DNA of 64,000 nucleotides from Batkoa obscura (Eukaryota): NCBI GenBank assembly GCA_030770535.1, contig JASVEC010000012.1, positions 496,001 to 560,000 of the forward strand, read 5' to 3'. Shown piece by piece: positions 53,311 to 64,000 of this stretch (position 1 is its first letter; each line of letters starts with the position of its first letter). The notes under the pieces were generated by a model. It saw only the letters and a program-made list of their open reading frames with translations, ran no database searches and was not told where the DNA came from. The position numbers and the translations under genes were made by a program.

Positions 53311-54947
53311 ATGGATTTCAATTATGAAAATGAGGATTACAATCAATTTAACAGACCCGATGACGACTCTGGTAAGTATGCTGACAATTCAAGATGAATA
53401 AAATAAAACTAATATTTAAAACTTAGGATTGATAGTGAAACTAAAGAAGCATTACAGAGTTATTTAAATTATAATAGTTTTTCTATAAAAGATAGTGTAA
53501 TGAAAGCTGAAGAAAAAGAAGAAGCTGTTGGTATTGAAAACAATAGCGGTTCAGAAAATGAAACTAAAAATAAAGATAATATTGCTATTGATTCACTTAT
53601 CAATCTAGAATCTGGTGGAATTTTTGACTCTAGTGACATTGAAGATGTGGATGAGGAAGAAGAACATAGTGTAATAATTAAAGTTAAAGAGATTAAAACT
53701 AGTACCATTAAAATTGAAGACTTTTAATCAACCAACCTAAAGTAACCCATTAAAAAAAAATAGCTTGCTAATATTATGCTATAGAAGATTGGCAGATATT
53801 TTAACGAGATTTCAATGCATAAAGAGTGTTTCAATTGCGAATGCAATCATTTGATAACTGAGTGCCTAATTAAAGTAAATAATAAGTAGGCTTCAATACA
53901 GTTAATAATTGAATTTATTTGGAATTGTTGTAGCTTTTGTGGAAAAGGTGGACATAATAATAGAGCTTGTAGTTTATTACTTGTACATTTTAACTGTAAA
54001 GAAATAGGTCATAGAGTAGAAGTAAAATTATTTAGACTTAACTTTGAAGATTAAACTACTTGGTTTAAAGACTGTTGAAATCGATTTGTTAAAGCAAGAT
54101 GTTTAAAATGTAGAAGTACAATTCATAGCTCATTGGTAAATATTTTGACTTGTAAAGTCAAAATTTAATTTAGTTATTTTTAATGATTGTACTGGGTTTT
54201 TGAGAAAATACCAAATCAAAAAGGATGTCAAAATGGTAATTTTATATACTTTTATCAGATATTAAATTAAATTATAGGTTAATGCGCCTATCAAATTCTG
54301 TTGTTTGTGTGCAAGTTTGGATCACGTTCATAATGTAAGTTTGATAATATCATCATTTAAAATATACTAAAAATGTATAGGAGCGTGAAGACAAAAAGTG
54401 AGCAAAGAATCAACGTCTAAAAATATCTGAGATATCTTATTTCAACAACGTATTTATGATGTTAATGTTTAAAAAGCTTCAGATCCTAATCTAAAACACT
54501 TTTATTTTAAAACTCCTATAAATGGTAACGGTGGGCTTCTTAAGAATAACGAATGGTCAATACAATAATACTTCACACAGGGAACACCAGTGTAAAGTTG
54601 AAGAACAGAGAGATAATTCTTTGAATAGTACTAATATAGTATATAATAGTAGTCTAAAGGCTCATTATTGTAATAGTTCTACTAGTTTTAATGATTATGA
54701 AAATACCACTCGAAATCAAAGAGAAATCAATTACAATAATCACAATTCTGTGAATATTTCTTATAACTAAAATCAATATCAAAGTAACCATGATAACTAT
54801 AATACTCATGTAAATTTATCTCGTAGCCAAAATCAAAATATTTATAATAGCTACAATAGTCATATAAATGCCTATCGTAACCGAATTCAAAGTAACAACT
54901 ATTATCGCTCTTCTCAACTTTATAATGGTTCTAATAGTAAAGTATAA
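53311..54947 (+). pseudogene. Air1/Air2/ZCCHC7-like zinc-knuckle pseudogene, copy 2
   Basis: DSETKEALQSYLNY; CFNCECNH, CSFCGKGGHNNRAC, NCKEIGH, CLKCRSTIH, DCTGFLRKY, CCLCASLDHVHN; several stops (e.g. 53725-53727) and frameshifts; introns retained. Confidence 0.8.
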
Positions 54948-55308
54948 AAAAATATCAATACCATTTTTTAAAAACAGGTAAACGTTTAGCTCTTTTTTAG
55001 GTATTGAAGTTATTACTGGATTATTATATTAAATAAAGCTTACTCATCATATTATATTAAATAAATTATTTGTTTAAATTTTCAAGTTAAAATTATCATT
55101 TTATTTAAGTAGTTAAACTTGTACATATAAAATGCTAGTATATATATTATAAAGAGTATCCCAATATTTTTAACTGATTGGCTATACTTGATTTTTCTAG
55201 GATAACTACTTTATCACTGATAATAGACATAAGTACTATAAAAATAATTTGTCAATTTATTTTATTTCATTCCTTTTTTACAATTTATAAAATCAAATTC
55301 AAAAATAG

Positions 55309-56883
55309 ATGGTAGTGGATAACAAGATGCACCAAGAGAATTTAAAAATTATTGAGAGATTGAGTGGGGGTCGACCACCTGTTCAATTAGTAGGTTTAAA
55401 AGAGCAACATAGGTACATAAAATAATGACATTTTACGCTAATAGTTAATAGTAGGTAAATAGCATGTTAAAGGGATTACTATCAAAAAGTTTAACTGGAA
55501 ACGAGAGCAATTCATTATTGATGGTTGGGCCATGTGGATGTGGAAAAACAACGCTATTAAATAAAGTGATCAATGAAATACAAACAGAAGTTTCGGAAAA
55601 GTTTATAAAGATTGAATTAGATGGCAACTTTCATCAAAATGCAAGAGAGTCTATTATTGGTATGGCAAAACAACTTAAGAGTAATTACCAAATTGAAGAA
55701 AGGATAGAAGAAGGATTGGAAGAGACAGCTAACGATGCGTTTTCTTTGAATAAAGCACTAGAATATATTCTACAAGAATTGGGGAATAAAAGTAAAAAGG
55801 AGAAAAATAAAAAAAACAAAAATAAAGAAGAAAAAGAAGATAAAAGTAGTTTATTAATAGTATTAGAAAATATGGATCTATTTGCTTTACACCCAAAACA
55901 AACTTTACTTTATAATTTATTTGATTTGGTTCAAAGAGATACTCCTGTTAATTTGGTCATAATTGGAATTACAAATAAAATTGTAGGTATTTTACGTAAA
56001 TCAAGAGAATAGTATTAAGGAGTTTAGGAAATTCATGACCATTTGGAAAAAAGAGTCAAATCGAGATTCTCTCATCGTCAAATTTATGTAGACCCACCTC
56101 AAAAAACACAAGATTATTTCGAAATATTAAAAAATGCTTTATTGATTAAAAACGAAATCAAGGATAAGGAATTTGCCAAACATAATGAGCAAGTTGAGGT
56201 AATGATTTAAAACGAGTTTTCTAATTAAATTAATAAATACTGTAGGAACTACTTAAAGATAAAAAAATGCTATCACTTTGTAGAGAATTTCTTGAGATCC
56301 ATCAAAGTGTTACAGATTTTCTAAATTTTGCAGTGAGTATTTATTAAGTCCTTTCACTTTGCTTTACTAAGCTAGATTAGCATATGGCGTTATATTTAAA
56401 TGATTTTAGTTTAAAGGCAGAGAGTTTTGAAAAAGCAATACAAATCCAAGGTATGAAAAAAGATCATGAAATAATACAGATTCAAGGACTACCTTGGTTA
56501 GAATTAGCTCTATTAATAGCAGTTCAAAAATTAATAATAGAAGGTAAAACAGTATTTAATTTTGAGCTAATTTATAAAAAATATGGGGATAATTGTGCAA
56601 AAAGGATTGGTATTGCTGGTATGAATGAAAAAGCTGAATCAAAAGAAAAAGCTGAACAGGTAACGAATTTCCTCTCTCTCTTTTAAGTATTATATTAATA
56701 CATTTCTTTTAGGCTTTACAAAGACTTATTAAAGAAGAGTTACTTGTTTTCGCTGATAAACAAACGAAAAGAGTACGTAATTTTCAAGTCTTAAAAAGTA
56801 CGGTTAGTGCTAAACAAATCAAAGATGCCATTATTGCAATTACCAAACCCACCGATTTTTTACATCACTGCGCTAAATATTAA
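55309..56883 (+). CDS. ORC4: Origin recognition complex subunit 4 (multi-exon)
   Basis: LVGLKEQH, ESNSLLMVGPCGCGKT, DLFALHPKQTLLYNLFD, LEKRVKSRFSHRQI, FNFELIY. Confidence 0.95.
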
Positions 56884-56934
56884 AATAAAATTAAAAAAGT
56901 TAAAAGTTACAGCAAAAACATTTTGTGTCTTCAT

Positions 56935-57312
56935 TTATTTGATTAAGCGTGAAATATCCAAAGTTTCTTTGTTTTTTTTCAATAAATTCTCAAGATCTAA
57001 TGTGGATTTTTCGTTCAATAGTTTTCCAATGTCTAGAACATCCCCGTTTTCATATCTTTTACATGATCTTTCATAATCATCTAAATCAATTGTACCAGAT
57101 GAACCGCAGTCTATTTCATGTCGTTCATAACACACCCATGTATTGCGTTCTTTTTTCCAACATGGTGAACAACCATAACCTAAACATTTGGCCATATCAC
57201 CAAATTTATCCCTCTTCTTTTTTGTGTAACAGGGTGTATTTTCAGGGTCAGGGCATCTAAGTTCACTCTGTACAAATATTAAAAAGGTGGAGAATAATAA
57301 AAATTTCATCAT
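56935..57312 (-). CDS. Small secreted cysteine-rich protein, 125 aa
   Basis: Signal peptide MMKFLLFSTFLIFVQS, 8 Cys, TATAAATA about 45 nt upstream, intronless. Confidence 0.85.
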   Translation of the reverse strand: MMKFLLFSTFLIFVQSELRCPDPENTPCYTKKKRDKFGDMAKCLGYGCSPCWKKERNTWVCYERHEIDCGSSGTIDLDDYERSCKRYENGDVLDIGKLLNEKSTLDLENLLKKNKETLDISRLIK

Positions 57313-58507
57313 TTCAAAAAAAAAGTTAATTGATGTGTGAACATTTATTCTTATTTATAGCTATTTTTTATTTTTCAATTTAATATTAGTATTTGTCGTT
57401 CTTTTCATTTTCTTGTTTAAGATTAATATTTACCTAATATTTGTTAAAAAAAAATGGATCAACCTGCTATCTTCAAAATTATCGAAATTGTTTTTTACAT
57501 TACTATTAAACATTGTTTAATAACTTCTGTATTAAAAAATACTCGAATCTTAACTGTAAATTGTTTATTATTATGAAAACGAACTATTTATAATATTAAT
57601 TAGAGTTCAATTTTATATTTAAAATCAAGTATTTTTATTTAAAAAAGTACAGTGCTATATTAATACTTCGTTTTTGTTGACATTTACTTAAAAGATTTCT
57701 TAGTATAAATCTTGTAAAACTGTTCTCTAACTATTATAAAGATTATATATTTTAAAATAGCATTAGTCAAGCATTATTGATTAATATCTAATAAGATAAA
57801 AAATCAACTTACTTTAAAAGTAATCTTGAAGTACTTTCAAAAAAGGAAGCAATTACAACTTTTATTTACAAACTGATATTCATGTTTATTAATTTTGCTT
57901 CTCTGATAATCTAAAATTTATTTGCTGTCTGTTTATCTTATTTAAAGTTATTTTGTGTATTATGTATAAGTTTCAAAGACCTCTGTTCAGGTTGAAAAAA
58001 AGTTCTATTATTATTTCATAATCATATAAAATCTATTAACCTAATATGATTAAACTATGTAATACAACATATTAAATTAATATTAAACTAGTTATTAAAC
58101 TGATCTAGATAATTTTCGAGAATTTAGAATTTAGAATTAAAACTTCAATAATCATTAGCTTATACTATTATAACTCTAAAATATATTTTTACTTCCTATA
58201 AATTGTATATACTATCTTTAAGTAATTCACATAGCTAATATACAAATTCTTGTTAAGAATAGCAGAACTAAATTTAATGTTATTACAAACTAAATATAAA
58301 TTTCAACGTTTAGGTAAATTGTAGCTAATAAATTAGTAAATAGTAAATTTTCCTCCAAACTCAAACGGGCCAATAAAATCAGAATTTGATAAGAGAATAG
58401 TCACAACAAACATTCAAAATCACTAACTTTACAAGATCATAAGTCTAAAAATTCATAAAACTTTCTTTGTTCAACCATATATAAAAACCTGACAATAAAA
58501 CGATAAG

Positions 58508-60386
58508 ATGGATCACCAACTTAGAGAGTTACAGGAAGAAAATGAGCGATTGAAAGAAGAGATCGAACTACTCAAATTAAATTTAAAATTAATTTTACCT
58601 GAACAACAACATGATAATAAGTTAACTTACCAACTTGATTTAAACAATGCTCAAAATTATGAAAACTCAAACATCGATCCACATACCAAACAAAGCTGTT
58701 TATTAAATAGCACAAATATAAAAAGAGCTACTGTGGCGCATTTAAATCCTATAACAAGTAACAATTTATCGAATGCCGAGATAAGGAGGTATGGGCGCCA
58801 GCTTATATTACCAATCATGGGAATAGGAGGTAACCGATTAGGTCCAAATTTTGAAAAATTAAATAAATAACTCATTTTTTCCATAGGACAAAGAAAACTG
58901 AAACAAAGCAAAGTTTTAATCGTTGGAGCAGGAGGATTAGGTTCTCCAGCAGGTTTATATTTAGCAGCAGCAGGAGTGGGTAAGATAGGTATTATTGACC
59001 ATGACTTAGTAGACGCTTCCAATTTACATAGACAAATTATACATACTGAAAGTAGGGAAGGTCATTATAAAGCTCTTTCGGCTAAAATGGCAATTCAAAA
59101 GTAAGTATTGAAACTAAGCTAATTTTTATATTTGTCTAACATTGCTTTTTTAGTATTAACTCATTCTGTGAGTGTGTAGCTTATTGTGAGGTTTTGGATA
59201 CTAAAAATGCAATGGAAATATTTCAAGGGTATGACGTGATCTTAGATTGTACTGATAACGTGGTCACTCGTTATTTAATTAATGATACTTGTGTACTTTT
59301 AAACAAACCTTTGGTTTCTGGATCCGCTTTGAGATTACATGGTCAGGTAATAATCTTACAATAGTTAAAAATAATAAGAAATAATAAGATAATTTTAATT
59401 TATTCAGATTTTGATATATAATTATTTGAATGGACCTTGTTATCGTTGTTTATATCCAATACCTCCACCAGCTGATACTGTTACTAATTGTGCTGATGGG
59501 GGGGTGTTAGGACCTGGTTAGTTTTATATTTGCTTTATTGTGTTTATGATTAATTTGTTTTAGTTACGGGTATTATCGGGTCTTTACAAGCTATTGAAGC
59601 TATTAAAATTTTAATTGAATATTACAATCGAGGTAAAATAAATAATAGTGATAATAAATATACAATAATAATGCCAATCATAAAATAGATAATTATCAAC
59701 CTTATATGACATTATATTCTGCAGACAGAGTACCTAATTTTAACAGTATAAAATTAAGACAAAAACAAAAGAAATGCCAAATCTGTGGGGAAAATAGAAC
59801 AATTACTGAGTTACAAGATTATGAGCAGTTTTGTAATAGTAGTATCTTAGATAAAGCTCAATCTCTTGAGCTATTAAATAATAATCAAAGGATTACCGTC
59901 ACTGAGTTTAATGACTGGTTAAATTTACATGCTTCTATTCTTCCCTTTATTTTATTAGATGTACGTGAACCTATTCAGTTTGAAATTTGTCATTTACCTA
60001 TGGCTATTAGTAAGGGTTATATATACTTTATTAGTTCCTAGTTGATCAACTTTAAATTAGATATACCATTGAAAGAAATCGAAAGAAGAAGTCAAGAAAT
60101 TATCGAATTGATTTACCAAAAGAGCATACAAAATCAGAGTAAGAGCATACTATTATTACTATATTATTATACTTTCATATATTGATTTTACCGTTTGCTT
60201 TATTTATTAGAACCAGTATTGTTTATTAATTGTAGATTGGGCAATGATTCACAATTAGCTGCGGCTAAATTAAATCAATTGTTTCAACAAGAGGGGTTGA
60301 AGGCATACCCTCAAGTCATTTTAGATGTTAGAGGAGGGCTTTACGCTTGGTCAAAACAAATTGATGATCAATTTCCTATTTATTAA
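58508..60386 (+). CDS. UBA4: Uba4/MOCS3 adenylyltransferase-sulfurtransferase (multi-exon)
   Basis: [46 protein letters not shown], rhodanese LLDVRE and [16 protein letters not shown]. Confidence 0.97.
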
Positions 60387-60588
60387 TTGTTTTTATCCCT
60401 GAGTTTATATTAAATATACATGTATGACTATGTGTATAAGTATAAAATAATAGATCCTAATAAAGATTAAAATGTAAAGCAATTGCATTTTTTATTAGAC
60501 TTACGTTGTTTGAAATATGGAAACGTCTTTTGTTTGTTTATCTTGTTTATTTTTTATCTAATGAAAGTTTAATAACCACTATCCAAAT

Positions 60589-60688
60589 GGGGATGTATTT
60601 TTTTGTTTAAGAATTTTACTAATAATCTTTCCGCTCAAATAGCACTTAAAAAATGGAAAAAGTAATGAAACCAAAAAAAAACATCCTT
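60589..60688 (+). mobile_element. MITE copy I (left arm of inverted pair)
   Basis: GGGGATGTATTTTTTTG...CCAAAAAAAAACATCCTT flanked by AAAT/AAAT. Confidence 0.9.
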
Positions 60689-60843
60689 AAATACTGAACA
60701 AAAATGATGCTCCTACATTTTTTTAATCTTCAGAGTAGTAAAACTTTATGGAAAATAGGAGGTAACGAGTGTTACCATACTTTTATTCCTTTGAAATAGC
60801 TAAAGTTGATACTCAAACAACATTTTGCCTTTATAAGTTATAC

Positions 60844-60941
60844 AGAGATGTTTTTTTGGCTTCATTACTTTTTCCATTTTTTAAGTGCTATTTGAGCGGA
60901 AAGATTATTAGTAAAATTCTTAAACAAAAAAATACATCCCC
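60844..60941 (-). mobile_element. MITE copy J (right arm of inverted pair)
   Basis: Reverse-complement copy whose outer ~78 bp are identical to copy I; flanks do not match each other. Confidence 0.9.
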
Positions 60942-61471
60942 ACATAACACTCTAAAACAGAACTTTACTCCTAGTAACTTTTTAAAAATACTTTTATCAA
61001 AAAACCTTTTAATTTTAAGTATAGTTTATAAAATATAATAAAATACAACGAATCATTTCATATTTATAACAAAAACAACTGTTTAATAAAAAGAAGTAAA
61101 AATATTAATCTTTAAATTTATCACAAGGTTTTAATAACAACAGAAAAAAGAATAAAAATGTGTTAAAACAAAAGTAAACTAATACATGGGTACGCTAAAG
61201 GAGCTCAAGTCCCAACAAAAAAACTATAGCTTAAAAAAATTAGGTATTATATTATTAATTTAAGTGGACTATCTATAAACTATGAAATTTTTGTTTCGTC
61301 TTCTTTGGGCTCAAAAGTGACTATCTTAAAAAACTGGGATTACAATGGTAGTTTTATAATGATTTGATTAAGGTATTTTAAAACGAAAAAGGAAGCTAAT
61401 AGCAATTTGAAAAAAAACTAAGTATATTAAACGATAATTACAAAAATGAATATTTTTCCGCTTAAGAGCTA

Positions 61472-64000
61472 TTAATGGTAGCTTGGTGCTGTCGATGAAT
61501 TTTTTTGATTTGAAGAGTTTTCTGCTGAAAAGTTATCTCCTTCTTTGATATCTTTACTTCCACTCTTTTTAATTTGTCCAAGTATCTTTTCTACTTCTAT
61601 TAAAATTTGTTAGTTTATGTCAAATAATTATTGATAATTTTACTTGTAATTAAATGTTTTCCGTAAGTAAATTTACGTAAAGAATTTAAATGTGGTTTGA
61701 TTCTTGCGACCAATAAATCTCTTTGGGTATCATCAACTACATCTATCATTTTTTGTACAACATAATTAGCATATTGATCTTTAACCATAGAAATAAGTGG
61801 ATAAGTGCCTTCGTCTAATGGTGTGAGGATTTCTTCAATAAGCTTTTTCCTTTCTTGGATGGTACCATGCGCAACGCATTTTTCTACTACATTACTAGCA
61901 AACTTATGCTTACTGAGTGGGTATACTTGCCCAATAACCTTACTAACTACAATGCTTCGATCTTCTTGCTTTCCTCTTTCCATTACGTGTTGTATAACAT
62001 AATTACCATATTGATCTTGTACTAAAGAAGGAGTGAAGCGATGTATTTCATCTAACAATGGTCTCTAAAAAGATATTAATATGCGTATAAAAAGGTTAAA
62101 ATATAAACTACAGTCTGTTTCTCGGTACAATGTTCAAACATTCTTTGAATTACACGGCAACCATAAGGATGAGTAGCTAAGCTAATCACTTGGCCATTGA
62201 AAGAATCAATAATGAATTGAATGTTTTTAGCTGGAACTCTTTCAATTGCTTTTTGAACAACATGATTTCCATTTTGATCTTTAACACATTTAATTACATG
62301 GCCTTCAATTTCTTTAACAAGTTTAGCTTGTTGATCAACGAGAATGTGCTCTATAGCCTAAGATATATAAGTAATGAATGTAACTATTTTCAATATAAAA
62401 CCTACTTTTTGTACAACTCTACATCCATACATTTGAAGCGAAAGTGAAAGAATATGACCTTCCATCTGTTTTGCAAGAATAGTTTTTTGGATTTGACTCC
62501 CTGATTTCTTATTAGTTATTATTTAGCTTAATATTAAAATTTATACCATGCTCGAATATCTTCTGTATAACATAGTTTCCAAAAACATCAGTCATAAGTT
62601 GAATAGCATTAGGCAAGATTTCATCAAATACAATTTGCTTATCTTCACTAGACGAAGTTTCTAATTTTTGTTGAATAAATCTAGAGCCATGTTGGTCCCC
62701 ACTAAACTCAACAACATGACCAATAATATCCTGAAAAGGATAAGTCTTAATTCACTCTCATTAAAATAAACTTACTCTAATTTCAAATTTCTTGTTTTTG
62801 TTTACGCGAAATTCTTCTAAAATTCTACTTCTTAAGTCGTTCGCAGAATCAGTAACAGGCGGTTCATTAGTATAACGATCAAGGTTATTCTGACCTTTTT
62901 GACTTAAAAGTTCGTGTTGGAGCATTAGAAGTTCGCGTGCTTGAACTAATTGATTTTGGCTATACTGTTGATTTTTGGAGAAATTAGGAGAAGAAGTATT
63001 ACCACGCAACTTATTTTCATTAGCTGAATTGGCTCGAACTGGACTGATGAATTGGTTAGAAACGGATTTTGAGCCAGGATGTGGGCGTCTAAGTTGGGAT
63101 TCATAATAGGGTTCTTTTCTTGGGGTATAATTTTGAGGTGTATTATCAAAACCCATACCATAATAACTAGCAGATCGGCCTAAAGCTGGTATAGTGCTAA
63201 AATTTTGCTCTTGGCTTTCCCAACTTTGGCTTAAATCCGAAACTATACTTTATGAGTAAAGTCAATTTAATTAATATGAATATTACCTGAACTAGTATAG
63301 CGTAAACCATTTCTTTGCTCTAAAGTTAAAGTTAGTCATAGATATTTAATAATCATATCATTTACTATTAGCAAAAGGTGCATGGTAAGTTTGATACATT
63401 TTGCGATATTGAATATCTTGGTACAGCGTTTCCTCCTAAACCAGTATTAGTATGTATAATTATGGGTAGTAAAGTGTATATACATCATTATCATCTTCAA
63501 GAGAAAGACCATTAAAGTTCTTGAACATCTCATCATAACCCTCTTCTCTGTTATTCATTCCAAATTGTGAGTTGTTTGCTGCTTGTTGTAATTGGAAAGG
63601 TGGAGTAGAAGATGAACGTTGTGGTGGAGAAAGTCTATTTTTAAAACCAGGAAAAGCAAATTTTGGCAACTCATCTTTAGGTGAATCAGCATAAACATTA
63701 GAACCGTATGTCCAAATATCATGTTGTGAAGATGACTCATGCTTATAGAACGGGGGATTGATGTTATCATTTGAGTTGTTGACATCACCATAATAGCTTT
63801 CTCTATTCAACAGACTTGAATTTTTTGATAATCTTCTTGGCTGATCAATAGATCCTGGAGAAGGTGTTCTAATTATACTCTAAAAATATGTTATAAAGGC
63901 TCAAATTGTTATAAAGTTATACCTCTTGGTTCATATCGAAGCGTGGTTTCATTTGACCATTTAGAGAGCGACCTTCATTTCGGAAGTTCCCCCATTCTGG
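61472..64000 (-). CDS. PUF3: Pumilio/Puf3-type RNA-binding protein; partial, 5' end outside the window
   Basis: Eight repeats: [61 protein letters not shown] at 61472-61474. Confidence 0.94.

Noticed and set aside
55500..55900. Deviant ORC4 Walker motifs (GPCGCGKT, LENMD)
   Set aside because: ORC4 tolerates such drift; no evidence of new function.
60769..61038. ORFs overlapping MITE copies (also 33739-33951)
   Set aside because: Chance frames through repeat and AT-rich DNA.
13631..64000. U12-type (minor) introns
   Set aside because: All introns I reconstructed are GT-AG without the RTATCCTT donor; not every intron was checked.

Overview
Eukaryotic, very AT-rich, gene-dense DNA with many short GT-AG introns (mostly about 44-70 nt). 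Gene content (WC-1, PEX8-like, RPEL protein, plus animal-like INTS8 and SWAP-like genes) suggests an early-diverging fungus; a Conidiobolus-like entomophthoralean is my guess only. The ORF track fragments or misses most genes, so I rebuilt them across introns by eye. Genes: dynein heavy chain (runs off left edge), EMC1, BUD23, RPEL-repeat protein, a conserved membrane protein, PUF6, RluA-family pseudouridine synthase, NOP13, tRNA-Arg(UCU), INTS8-like, SWAP-like, PEX8-like, kynureninase, white collar-1, ORC4, a small secreted Cys-rich protein, UBA4, a Pumilio/PUF3 (runs off right edge) and three orphans. The most unusual signal is non-coding: ten copies of a ~97-bp GGGG...CCCC MITE, five with perfect 4-bp AWWT target duplications (Sola-like). 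Two inverted pairs have near-perfectly homogenised outer ~78 bp carrying pair-private variants but decayed inner ends, and one flank is joined to the element in opposite orientations at two loci. Also present: a solo LTR, two dead intron-containing Air1/ZCCHC7 paralogs with N/Y/Q-rich tails, and C>T/G>A-biased decay of repeats reminiscent of RIP. All family calls are from motif recognition, not database searches.
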